Positions 14,801-28,500 of a stretch of DNA of 64,000 nucleotides are shown here, in pieces (positions within the stretch are counted from its first letter, which is position 1; the number at the start of each line of letters is the position of its first letter). A model generated the notes under the pieces. It did not search any database, was not told the DNA's origin, and worked only from the letters and a program-made list of their open reading frames with translations. Position numbers and translations under genes: made by a program. The DNA comes from Eledone cirrhosa. Lineage: Eukaryota. The stretch spans positions 20,894,001 through 20,958,000 of the forward strand of contig OZ024741.1 of the NCBI GenBank assembly GCA_964016885.1, written 5' to 3'.

Positions 14801-17800
14801 TAGATGGTGGAACATGTGGACTGAAGACCAGCTAAGCCAACCAATAAGATGGTGGAACTTGGGGAGTGAAGACCAGCTGAGACAACCAATTAGATGGTGG
14901 AACTTGGGGACTGAAGACCAGCTAAGACAACCAATTAGATGGTGGAACTTGGGGAGTGAAGACCAGCTAAGACAACCAATTAGATGGTGGAACTTAGAGA
15001 GAGAAGACCAGATAAGACAACCAATTAGATGGTGGAACTTGGAGAGTGAAGACCAGCTAAGACAACCAATTAGAAGGTGGAACTTGGGGAGTGAAGACCA
15101 GCTAAGACAACCAATTAGATGGTGGAACTTGGGGAGTGAAGACCAGCTAAGACAACCAATTAGATGGTGGAACTTGGGGAGTGAAGACCAGCTAAGACAA
15201 CCAATTAGATGGTGGAACTTAGAGGGTGAAGACCAGCGAAGACAACCAATTAGATGGTGGAAATAGGAGAGTGAAGACCAGCTAAGACAGCCAATTAGAT
15301 GGTGGAACTTGGGGAGTGAAGACCAGCTAAGAAAACCAGTTATATGGTGGAACTTGGAGAGTGAAGACCAGCTAAGAGAACGAATTAGATGGTGGAACTT
15401 GGGGAGTGAAGACCTGCTAAGACACCCAATTAGATGGTGGAATTTGGGATGAGAAGACCAGCTAAGACAACCAATTAGATGGTGGAACTTGGAGAGTGAA
15501 GACCAGCTAAGACAACCAATTAGATGGTGGAACTTGGAGAGTGAAGACCAGCTAAGACAACCAATTAGAAGGTGGAACTTGGGGAGTGAAGACCAGCTAA
15601 GACAACCAATTAGATGGTGGAATAGTGGAATGAAGACCAGCTAAGACAACCAATTAGATGGTGGAACTTGGGGAGTGAAGACCAGCTAAGAAAACCAGTT
15701 ATATGGTGGAACTTGGAGAGTGAAGACCAGCTAAGAGAACGAATTAGATGGTGGAACTAGGAGAGTGAAGACCAGCTAAGACAGCCAATTAGAGGGTGAA
15801 GACCAGCTAAGAGAACGAATTAGAAGGTGGAACTTGGGGAGAGAACACCAGCTAAGACAACCAATTAGATGGTGGAACTTGGGGAGTGAAGACCAGCTAA
15901 GACAACCAATTAGATGGTGGAACTTGGAGAGAGAAGACCAGCTGAGACAACCAATTAGATGGTGGAACTTGGAGAGTGAAGACCAGATAAGACAACCAAT
16001 TAGATGGTGGAACTTGGGGACTGAAGACCAGCTAAGACAACCAATTAGATGGTGGAACTTGGGGAGTGAAGACCAGCTAAGACAACCAATTAGATGGTGG
16101 AACTAGGAGAGTGAAGACCAGCTAAGACAACCAATTAGAGGGTGAAGACCAGCTAAGACAGCCAATTAGATGGTGGAACTTGTGGAGTGAAGACCAGCTA
16201 AGACAACCAATTAGATGGTGGAATTTGGGAAGAGAAGACCAGCTAAGACAACCAATTAGATGGTGGAACTTGGAGAGTGAAGACCAGATAAGACAACCAA
16301 TTAGATGGTGGAACTTGGGGACTGAAGACCAGCTAAGACAACCAATTAGATGGTGGAACTTGGGGACTGAAGACCAGCTAAGACAACCAATTAGATGGTG
16401 GAACTTAGAGAGAGAAGACCAGATAAGACAACCAATTAGATGGTGGAACTTGGAGAGTGAAGACCAGCTAAGACAACCAAATAGATGGTGGAACTTGGGG
16501 AGTGAAGACCAGCTAAGACAACCAATTAGATGGTGGAACTTGGGAAGTGAAGAACAGCTAAGACAACCAATTAGATGGTGGAACTTGGGGAGTGTAGACC
16601 AGCTAAGACAACCAATTAGATGGTGGAACTTAGAGGGTGAAGACCAGTGAAGACAACCAATTAGATGGTGGAACTAGGAGAGTGAAGACCAGCTAAGACA
16701 ACCAATTAGAGGCTGAAGACCAGCTAAGACAACCAATTAGATGGTGGAAATTGGGGAGTGAAGACCAGCTAAGACAACCAATTAGATGGTGGAATTTGGG
16801 AAGAGAAGACCAGCTAAGACAACCAATTAAATGGTGGAACTTGGAGAGTGAAGACCAGCTAAGAGAACGAATTAGATGGTGGAACTAGGAGAGTGAAGAC
16901 CAGCTAAGACAGCCAATTAGAGGGTGAAGACCAGCTAAGAGAACGAATTAGAAGGTGGAACTTGGGGAGAGAAGACCAGCTAAGACAACCAATTAGATGG
17001 TGGAACTTGGGGAGTGAAGACCAGCTAAGACAACCAATTAGATGGTGGAACATGGAGAGAGAAGACCAGCTAAGAAAACCAATTAGATGGTGGAACTTGG
17101 AGAGTGAAGACCAGCTAAGAGAACCAATTAGATGGTGGAACATGTGGACTGAAGACCAGCTAAGACAACCAATAAGATGGTGGAACTTGGGGAGTGAAGA
17201 CCAGCTGAGACAACCAATTATATGGTGGAACTTGGGGAGTGTAGACCAGCTAAGACAACCAATTAGATGGTGGAACTTAGTGGGTGAAGACCAGCGAAGA
17301 CAACCAATTAGATGGTGGAACTAGGAGAGTGAAGACCAGCTAAGACAACCAATTAGAGGGTGAAGACCAGCTAAGACAACCAATTAGATGGTGGAACTTG
17401 GGGAGTGAAGACCAGCTAAGACAACCAATTAGATGGTGGAATTTGGGAAGAGAAGACCAGCTAAGAGAACGAATTAATGGTGGAACTAGGAGAGTGAAGA
17501 CCAGCTAAGACAGCCAATTAGAGGGTGAAGACCAGCTAAGAGAACGAATTAGAAGGTGGAACTTGGGGAGAGAAGGCCAGCTAAGACAACCAATTAGATG
17601 GTGGAACTTGGGGAGTGAAGACCAGCTAAGACAACCAATTAGATGGTGGAACTTGGAGAGTGAAGACCAGCTAAGACAACAAATTAGATGGTGGAACTTG
17701 GAGAGTGAAGACCAGCTAAGACAACCAATTAGATGGTGGAACTTAGAGGGTGAAGACCAGCTAAGACAACCAATTAGATGATGGAACTTGGGGAGAATAG

Positions 17801-20800
17801 ACCAGCTAAGACAACCAATTAGATGGTGGAACTTGGGGAGTGAAGACCAGCTAAGACAACCAATTAGATGGTGGAACTTGGGGAGTGAAGACCAGCTAAG
17901 ACAACCAATTAGAATGTGGAACTTGGGGAGTGAAGAACAGCTAAGACAACCAATTAGATGGTGGAACTTGGGGAGTGTAGACCAGCTAAGACAACCAATT
18001 AGATGGTGGAACTTAGAGGGTGAAGACCAGCGAAGACAACCAATTAGATGGTGGAACTAGGAGAGTGAAGACCAGCTAAGACAACCAATTAGAGGGTGAA
18101 GACCAGCTAAGACAACCAATTAGATGGTGGAACTTGGGGAGTGAAGACCAGCTAAGACAACCAATTAGATGGTGGAATTTGGGAAGAGAAGACCAGCTAA
18201 GAGAACGAATTAATGGTGGAACTAGGAGAGTGAAGACCAGCTAAGACAGCCAATTAGAGGGTGAAGACCAGCTAAGAGAACGAATTAGAAGGTGGAACTT
18301 GGGGAGAGAAGACCAGCTAAGACAACCAATTAGATGGTGGAACTTGGGGAGTGAAGACCAGCTAAGACAACCAATTAGATGGTGGAACTTTGAGAGAGAA
18401 GACGAGCTAAGAAAACCAATTAGATGGTGGAACTTGGAGAGTGAAGACCAGCTAAGAAAACCAATTAGATGGTGGAACATGTGGACTGAAGACGAGCTAA
18501 GACAACCAATAAGATGGTGGAACTTGGGGAGTGAAGACCAGCTGAGACAACCAATTAGATGGTGGAACTTGGGGACTGAAGACCAGCTATGACAACCAAT
18601 TAGATGGTGGAACTTGGGGAGTGAAGACCAGCTAAGACAACCAATTAGATGGTGGAACTTAGAGAGAGAAGACCAGATAAGACAACCAATTACATGGTGG
18701 AACTTGGGGAGTGAAGACCAGCTAAGACAACCAATTAGATGGTGGAACTTGGGGAGTGAAGACCAGCTAAGACAACCAATTAGATGGTGGAACTTGGGGA
18801 GTGAAGACCAGCTAAGACAACCAATTAGATGGTGGAACTTAGAGGGTGAAGACCATCGAAGACAACCAATTAGATGGTGGAAATAGGAGAGTGAAGACCA
18901 GCTAAGACAGCCAATTAGAGGGTGAAGACCAGCTAAGACAACAAATTAGATGGTGGAACTTGGGGAGTGAAGACCTGCTAAGACACCCAATTAGATGGTG
19001 GAATTTGGGAAGAGAAGACCAGCTAAGACAACCAATTAGATGGTGGAACTTGGAGAGTGAAGACCAGCTAAGACAACCAATTAGATGGTGGAACTTGGAG
19101 AGTGAAGACCAGCTAAGACAACCAATTAGATGGTGGAACTTGGGGAGTGAAGACCAGCTAAGACAACCAATTAGATGGTGGAATAGTGGAATGAAGACCA
19201 GCTAAGACAACCAATTAGATGGTGGAACTTGGGGAGTGAAGACCAGCTAAGAAAACCAGTTATATGGTGGAACTTGGAGAGTGAAGACCAGCTAAGAGAA
19301 CGAATTAGATAGTGGAACTTGGAGAGTGAAGACCAGCTAAGACAACCAATTAGATGGTGGAACATGGAGAGTGAAGACCAGCTAAGACAACAAATTAGAT
19401 GGTGGAACTTGGAGAGTGAAGACCAGCTAAGACAACCAATTAGATGGTGGAACTTAGAGGGTGAAGACCAGCTAAGACAACCAATTAGATGATGGAACTT
19501 GGGGAGAAAAGACCAGCTAAGACAACCAATTAGATGGTGGAACTTGGGGAGTGAAGACCAGCTAAGACAACCAATTAGATGGTGGAACTTAGAGGGTGAA
19601 GACCAGCGAAGACAACCAATTAGATGGTGGAACTAGGAGAGTGAAGACCAGCTAAGACAACCAATTAGAGGGTGAAGACCAGCTAAGACAACCAATTAGA
19701 TGGTGGAACTTGGGGAGTGAAGACCAGCTAAGACAACCAATTAGATGGTGGATTTTGCGAAGAGAAGACCAGCTAAGACAACCAATTAGATGGTGGAACT
19801 TGGAGAGTGAAGACCAGCTAAGAGAACGAATTAGATGGTGGAACTAGGAGAGTGAAGACCAGCTAAGACAGCCAATTAGAGGGTGAAGACCAGCTAAGAG
19901 AACGAATTAGAAGGTGGAACTTGGGGAGAGAAGACCAGCTAAGACAACCAATTAGAAGGTGGAACTTGGGGAGAGAAGACCAGCTAAGACAACCAATTAG
20001 ATGGTGGAACTTGGAGAGTGAAGACCAGCTAAGACAACCAATTAGATGGTGGAACTTGGAGAGAGAAGACCAGCTAAGAAAACCAATTAGATGGTGGAAC
20101 TTGGAGAGTGAAGACCAGCTAAGAGAACCAATTAGATGGTGGAACATGTGGACTGAAGACCAGCTAAGCCAACCAATAAGATGGTGGAACTTGGGGAGTG
20201 AAGACCAGCTGAGACAACCAATTAGATGGTGGAACTTGGGGACTGAAGACCAGCTAAGACAACCAATTAGATGGTGGAACTTGGGGAGTGAAGACCAGCT
20301 AAGACAACCAATTAGATGGTGGAACTTAGAGAGAGAAGACCAGATAAGACAACCAATTAGATGGTGGAACTTGGAGAGTGAAGACCAGCTAAGACAACCA
20401 ATTAGAAGGTGGAACTTGGGGAGTGAAGACCAGCTAAGACAACCAATTAGATGGTGGAACTTGGGGAGTGAAGACCAGCTAAGACAACCAATTAGATGGT
20501 GGAACTTGGGGAGTGAAGACCAGCTAAGACAACCAATTAGATGGTGGAACTTAGAGGGTGAAGACCAGCGAAGACAACCAATTAGATGGTGGAAATAGGA
20601 GAGTGAAGACCAGCTAAGACAGCCAATTAGATGGTGGAACTTGGGGAGTGAAGACCAGCTAAGAAAACCAGTTATATGGTGGAACTTGGAGAGTGAAGAC
20701 CAGCTAAGAGAACGAATTAGATGGTGGAACTTGGGGAGTGAAGACCTGCTAAGACACCCAATTAGATGGTGGAATTTGGGATGAGAAGACCAGCTAAGAC

Positions 20801-22570
20801 AACCAATTAGATGGTGGAACTTGGAGAGTGAAGACCAGCTAAGACAACCAATTAGATGGTGGAACTTGGAGAGTGAAGACCAGCTAAGACAACCAATTAG
20901 AAGGTGGAACTTGGGGAGTGAAGACCAGCTAAGACAACCAATTAGATGGTGGAATAGTGGAATGAAGACCAGCTAAGACAACCAATTAGATGGTGGAACT
21001 TGGGGAGTGAAGACCAGCTAAGAAAACCAGTTATATGGTGGAACTTGGAGAGTGAAGACCAGCTAAGAGAACGAATTAGATGGTGGAACTAGGAGAGTGA
21101 AGACCAGCTAAGACAGCCAATTAGAGGGTGAAGACCAGCTAAGAGAACGAATTAGAAGGTGGAACTTGGGGAGAGAACACCAGCTAAGACAACCAATTAG
21201 ATGGTGGAACTTGGGGAGTGAAGACCAGCTAAGACAACCAATTAGATGGTGGAACTTGGAGAGAGAAGACCAGCTGAGACAACCAATTAGATGGTGGAAC
21301 TTGGAGAGTGAAGACCAGATAAGACAACCAATTAGATGGTGGAACTTGGGGACTGAAGACCAGCTAAGACAACCAATTAGATGGTGGAACTTGGGGAGTG
21401 AAGACCAGCTAAGACAACCAATTAGATGGTGGAACTAGGAGAGTGAAGACCAGCTAAGACAACCAATTAGAGGGTGAAGACCAGCTAAGACAGCCAATTA
21501 GATGGTGGAACTTGTGGAGTGAAGACCAGCTAAGACAACCAATTAGATGGTGGAATTTGGGAAGAGAAGACCAGCTAAGACAACCAATTAGATGGTGGAA
21601 CTTGGAGAGTGAAGACCAGATAAGACAACCAATTAGATGGTGGAACTTGGGGACTGAAGACCAGCTAAGACAACCAATTAGATGGTGGAACTTGGGGACT
21701 GAAGACCAGCTAAGACAACCAATTAGATGGTGGAACTTAGAGAGAGAAGACCAGATAAGACAACCAATTAGATGGTGGAACTTGGAGAGTGAAGACCAGC
21801 TAAGACAACCAAATAGATGGTGGAACTTGGGGAGTGAAGACCAGCTAAGACAACCAATTAGATGGTGGAACTTGGGAAGTGAAGAACAGCTAAGACAACC
21901 AATTAGATGGTGGAACTTGGGGAGTGTAGACCAGCTAAGACAACCAATTAGATGGTGGAACTTAGAGGGTGAAGACCAGTGAAGACAACCAATTAGATGG
22001 TGGAACTAGGAGAGTGAAGACCAGCTAAGACAACCAATTAGAGGCTGAAGACCAGCTAAGACAACCAATTAGATGGTGGAAATTGGGGAGTGAAGACCAG
22101 CTAAGACAACCAATTAGATGGTGGAATTTGGGAAGAGAAGACCAGCTAAGACAACCAATTAAATGGTGGAACTTGGAGAGTGAAGACCAGCTAAGAGAAC
22201 GAATTAGATGGTGGAACTAGGAGAGTGAAGACCAGCTAAGACAGCCAATTAGAGGGTGAAGACCAGCTAAGAGAACGAATTAGAAGGTGGAACTTGGGGA
22301 GAGAAGACCAGCTAAGACAACCAATTAGATGGTGGAACTTGGGGAGTGAAGACCAGCTAAGACAACCAATTAGATGGTGGAACATGGAGAGAGAAGACCA
22401 GCTAAGAAAACCAATTAGATGGTGGAACTTGGAGAGTGAAGACCAGCTAAGAGAACCAATTAGATGGTGGAACATGTGGACTGAAGACCAGCTAAGACAA
22501 CCAATAAGATGGTGGAACTTGGGGAGTGAAGACCAGCTGAGACAACCAATTATATGGTGGAACTTGGGGA
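11890..22570 (+). repeat. Tandem duplication, period 5,332 bp (2 copies)
   Basis: ORF pairs 12231/17563, 12456/17788, 12909/18241, 13282/18614, 13628/18960, 14589/19921, 15834/21166, 16180/21512 and 16962/22294 are all offset by 5,332. Shared private variants AGAATGTGG, ATTACATGG, CTAAGCCAA, GAGAACACC and CCAGTGAAG. Confidence 0.95.
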
Positions 22571-25500
22571 CTGAAGACCAGCTAAGACAACCAATTAGAT
22601 GGTGGAACTTGGGGAGTGAAGACCAGCTAAGACAACCAATTAGATGGTGGAACTTAGAGAGAGAAGACCAGATAAGACAACCAATTAGATGGTGGAACTT
22701 GGGGAGTGAAGACCAGCTAAGACAACCAATTAGAAGGTGGAACTTGGGAAGTGAAGACCAGCTAAGACAACCAATTAGATGGTGGAACTTGGGGAGTGAA
22801 GACCAGCTAAGACAACCAATTAGATGGTGGAACTTGGGGAGTGAAGACCAGCTAAGACAACCAATTAGATGGTGGAACTTAGAGAGTGAAGACCAGCGAA
22901 GACAACCAATTAGATGGTGGAAATAGGAGAGTGAAGACCAGCTAAGACAGCCAATTAGAGGGTGAAGACCAACTAAGACAACAAATTAGATGGTGGAACT
23001 TGGGGAGTGAAGACCTGCTAAGACACCCAATTAGATGGTGGAATTTGGGAAGAGAAGACCAGCTAAGACAACCAATTAGATGGTGGACCTTGGAGAGTGA
23101 AGACCAGCAAAGACAACCAATTAGATGGTGGAACTTGGAGAGTGAAGACCAGCTAAGACAACCAATTAGATGGTGGAACTTGGGGAGTGAAGACCAGCTA
23201 AGACAACCAATTAGATGGTGGAATAGTGGAATGAAGACCAGCTAAGACAACCAATTAGATGGTAGAACTTGGGGAGTGAAGACCAGCTAAGAAAACCAGT
23301 TATATGGTGGAACTTGGAAAGTGAAGACCAGCTAAGATAACGAATTAGATGGTGGAACTAGGAGAGTGAAGACCAGCTAAGACAGCCAATTAGAGGGTGA
23401 AGACCAGCTAAGAGAACGAATTAGAAGGTGGAACTTGGGGAGAGAAGACCAGCTAAGACAACCAATTAGATGGTGGAACTTGGGGAGTGAAGACCAGCTA
23501 AGACAACAAATTAGATGGTGGAACTTGGAGAGAGAAGACCAGCTAAGAAAACCAATTAGATGGTGGAACTTGGAGAGTGAAGACCAGCTAAGAGATCCAA
23601 TTAGATGGTGGAACATGTGGACTGAAGACCAGCTAAGACAACCAATAAGATGGTGGAACTTGGGGAGTGAAGACCAGCTGAGACAACCAATTAGATGGTG
23701 GAACTTGGAGAGTGAAGACCAGATAAGACAACCAATTAGATGGTGGAACTTGGGGACTGAAGACCAGCTAAGACAACCAATTAGATGGTGGAACTTGGGG
23801 ACTGAAGACCAGCTAAGACAACCAATTAGATGGTGGAACTTAGAGAGAGAAGACCAGATAAGACAACCAATTAGATGGTGGAACTTGGAGAGTGAAGACC
23901 AGCTAAGACAACCAATTAGATGGTGGAACTTGGGGAGTGAAGACCAGCTAAGACAACCAATTAGATGGTGGAACTTGGGGAGTGAAGAACAGCTAAGACA
24001 ACCAATTAGATGGTGGAACTTGGGGAGTGTAGACCAGCTAAGACAACCAATTAGATGGTGGAACTTAGAGGGTGAAGACCAGCGAAGACAACCAATTAGA
24101 TGGTGGAACTAGGAGAGTGAAGACCAGCTAAGACAACCAATTAGAGGGTGAAGACCAGCTAAGACAACCAATTAGATGGTGAAGACCAGCTAAGAGAAGA
24201 ATTAGAAGGTGGAACTTGGGGAGAGAAGGCCAGCTAAGACAACCAATTAGATGGTGGAACTTGGGGAGTGAAGACCAGCTAAGACAACCAATTAGATGGT
24301 GGAACTTTGAGAGAGAAGACCAGCTAAGAAAACCAATTAGATGGTGGAACTTGGAGAGTGAAGACCAGCTAAGACAACCAATAAGATGGTGGAACTTGGG
24401 GAGTGAAGACCAGCTGAGACAACCAATAAGATGGTGGAACTTGGGGACTGAAGACCAGCTAAGACAACCAATTAGATGGTGGAACTTGGGGAGTGAAGAC
24501 CAGCTAAGACAACCAATTAGATGGTGGAACTTAGAGAGAGAAGACCAGCTAAGACAACCAATTAGATGGTGGAACTTGGGGAGTGAAGACCAGCTAAGAC
24601 AACCAATTAGATGGTGGAACTTGGGGAGTGAAGACCAGCTAAGACAACCAATTAGATGGTGGAACTTGGGGAGTGAAGACCAGCTAAGACAACCAATTAG
24701 ATGGTGGAACTTAGAGGGTGAAGACCAGCGAAGACAACCAATTAGATGGTGGAAATAGGAGAGTGAAGACCAGCTAAGACAGCCAATTAGAGGGTGAAGA
24801 CCAGCTAAGACAACAAATTAGATGGTGGAACTTGGGGAGTGAAGACCTGCTAAGACACCCAATTAGATGGTGGAATTTGGGAAGAGAAGACCAGCTAAGA
24901 CAACCAATTAGATGGTGGAACTTGGAGAGTGAAGACCAGCTAAGACAACCAATTAGATGGTGGAACTTGGAGAGTGAAGACCAGCTAAGACAACCAATTA
25001 GATGGTGGAACTTGGGGAGTGAAGACCAGCTAAGACAACCAATTAGATGGTGGAATAGTGGAATGAAGACCAGCTAAGACAACCAATTAGATGGTGGAAC
25101 TTGGGGAGTGAAGACCAGCTAAGAAAACCAGTTATATGGTGGAACTTGGAGAGTGAAGACCAGCTAAGAGAACGAATTAGATAGTGGAACTTGGAGAGTG
25201 AAGACCAGCTAAGACAACCAATTAGATGGTGGAACTTGGAGAGTGAAGACCAACTAAGACAACAAATTAGATGGTGGAACTTAGAGGGTGAAGACCAGCT
25301 AAGACAACCAATTAGATGATGGAACTTGGGGAGAAAAGACCAGCTAAGACAACCAATTAGATGGTGGAACTTGGGGAGTGAAGACCAGCTAAGACAACCA
25401 ATTAGATGGTTGAACTTGGGGAGTGAAGACCAGCTAAGACAACCAATTAGATGGTGGAACTTAGAGGGTGAAGACCAGCGAAGACAACCAATTAGATGGT

Positions 25501-28500
25501 GGAACTAGGAGAGTGAAGACCAGCTAAGACAACCAATTAGAGGGTGAAGACCAGCTAAGACAACCAATTAGATGGTGGAACTTGGGGAGTGAAGACCAGC
25601 TAAGACAACCAATTAGATGGTGGATTTTGCGAAGAGAAGACCAGCTAAGACAACCAATTAGATGGTGGAACTTGGAGAGTGAAGACCAGCTAAGAGAACG
25701 AATTAGATGGTGGAACTAGGAGAGTGAAGACCAGCTAAGACAGCCAATTAGAGGGTGAAGACCAGCTAAGAGAACGAATTAGAAGGTGGAACTTGGGGAG
25801 AGAAGACCAGCTAAGACAACCAATTAGATGGTGGAACTTGGGGAGTGAAGACCAGCTAAGACAACCAATTAGATGGTGGAACTTGGAGAGAGAAGACCAG
25901 CTAAGAAAACCAATTAGATGGTGGAACTTGGAGAGTGAAGACCAGCTAAGAGAACCAATTAGATGGTGGAACATGTGGACTGAAGACCAGCTAAGACAAC
26001 CAATAAGATGGTGAAGCTTGGGAAGTGAAGACCTGCTGAGACAACCAATTAGATGGTGGAACTTGGAGAGTGAAGACCAGATATGACAACCAATTAGATG
26101 GTGGAACTTGGGGACTGAAGACCAGCTAAGACAACCAATTAGATGGTGGAACTTGGGGAGTGAAGACCAGCTAAGACAATCAATTAGATGGTGGAACTTA
26201 GAGAGAGAAGACCAGATAAGACAACCAATTAGATGGTGGAACTTGGGGAGTGAAGACCAGCTAAGACAACCAATTAGATGGTGGAACTTGGGTAGTGAAG
26301 ACCAGCTGAGACAACCAATTAGATGGTGGAACTTGGGGAGTGAAGACCAGCTAAGACAACCAAATAGATGGTGGAACTTGGGGAGTGAAGACCAGCTAAG
26401 ACAACCAATTAGATGGTGGAACTTAGAGGGTGAAGACCAGCGAAGACAACCAATTAGATGGTGGAACTAGGAGAGTGAAGACCAGCTAAGACAGCCAATT
26501 AGATGGTGGAACTTGGAGAGAGAAGACCAGCTAAGAAAACCAATTAGATGGTGGAACTTGGAGAGTGAAGACCAGCTAAGAGAACCAATTAGATGGTGGA
26601 ACATGTGGACTGAAGACCAGCTAAGACAACCAATAAGATGGTGGAACTTGGGGAGTGAAGACCAGCTGAGACAACCAATTAGATGGTGGAATTTGGGGAC
26701 TGAAGACCAGCTAAGACAACCAATTAGATGGTGGAACTTGGGGAGTGAAGACCAGCTAAGACAACCAATTAGATGGTGGAACTTAGAGAGAGAAGACCAG
26801 ATAAGACAACCAATTAGATGGTGGAACTTGGGGAGTGAAGACCAGCTAAGACAACCAATTAGATGGTGGAACTTGGGGAGTGAAGACCAGCTAAGACAAC
26901 CAATTAGATGGTGGAACTTGGGGAGTGAAGACCAGCTAAGACAACCAATTAGATGGTGGAACTTGGGGAGTGAAGAACAGCTAAGACAACCAATTTAGAT
27001 GGTGGAACTTGGGGAGTGTAGACATGCTAAGACAACCAATTAGATGGTGGAACTTAGAGGGTGAAGACCAGCGAAGACAACCAATTAGATGGTGGAACTA
27101 GGAGAGTGAAGACCAGCTAAGACAACCAATTAGAGGGTGAAGACCAGCTAAGACAACCAATTAGATGGTGGAACTTGGGGAGTGAAGACCAGCTAAGACA
27201 ACCAATTAGATGGTGGATTTTGCGAAGAGAAGACCAGCTAAGACAACCAATTAGATGGTGGAACTTGGAGAGTGAAGACCAGCTAAGAGAACGAATTAGA
27301 TGGTGGAACTAGGAGAGTGAAGACCAGCTAAGACAGCCAATTAGAGGGTGAAGACCAGCTAAGAGAACGAATTAGAAGGTGGAACTTGGGGAGAGAAGAC
27401 CAGCTAAGACAACCAATTAGATGGTGGAACTTGGGGAGTGAAGACCAGCTAAGACAACCAATTAGATGGTGGAACTTGGAGAGTGAAGACCAGCTAAGAA
27501 AACCAATTAGATGGTGGAACTTGGAGAGTGAAGACCAGCTAAGAGAACCAATTAGATGGTGGAACATGTGGACTGAAGACCAGCTAAGACAACCAATTAG
27601 ATGGTGGAACTTGGGGAGTGAAGACCAGCTAAGACAATCAATTAGATGGTGGAACTTGGGGAGAGAAGACCAGCGAAGACAACCAATTAGATGGTGGAAC
27701 TAGGAGAGTGAAGACCAGCTAAGACAGCCAATTAGATGGTGGAACTTGGAGAGAGAAGACCAGCTAAGAAAACCAATTAGATGGTGGAACTTGGAGAGTG
27801 AAGACCAGCTAAGAGAACCAATTAGATGGTGGAACATGTGGACTGAAGACCAGCTAAGACAACCAATAAGATGGTGGAACTTGGGTAGTGAAGACCAGCT
27901 GAGACAACCAATTAGATGGTGGAACTTGGAGACTGAAGACCAGCTAAGACAACCAATTAGATGGTGGAACTTGGGGAGTGAAGACCAGCTAAGACAACCA
28001 ATTAGATGGTGGAACTTAGAGAGAGAAGACCAGATAAGACAACCAATTAGATGGTGGAACTTGGGGAGTGAAGACCAGCTAAGACAACCAATTAGATGGT
28101 GGAACTTGGGGAGTGAAGACCAGCTAAGACAACCAATTAGATAGTCGAATTTGGGGAGTGAAGACCAGCTAAGACAACCAATTAGATGGTGGAACTTGGG
28201 GAGTGAAGACCAGCTAAGACAACCAATTAGATGGTGGAAATAAAAGAGTGAAGACCAGCTAAGACAGCCAATTAGAGGGTGAAGACCAGCTAAGAGAACG
28301 AATTAGAAGGTGGAACTTGGGGAGAGAAGACCAGCTAAGACAACCAATTAGATGGTGGAACTTGGGGAGTGAAGACCAGCTAAGACAACCAATTAGATGG
28401 TGGAACTTGGAGAGAGAAGACCAGCTAGGAAAACCAATTAGATGGTGGAACTTGGAGAGTGAAGACCAGCTAAGAGAACCAATTAGATGGTGGAACATGT

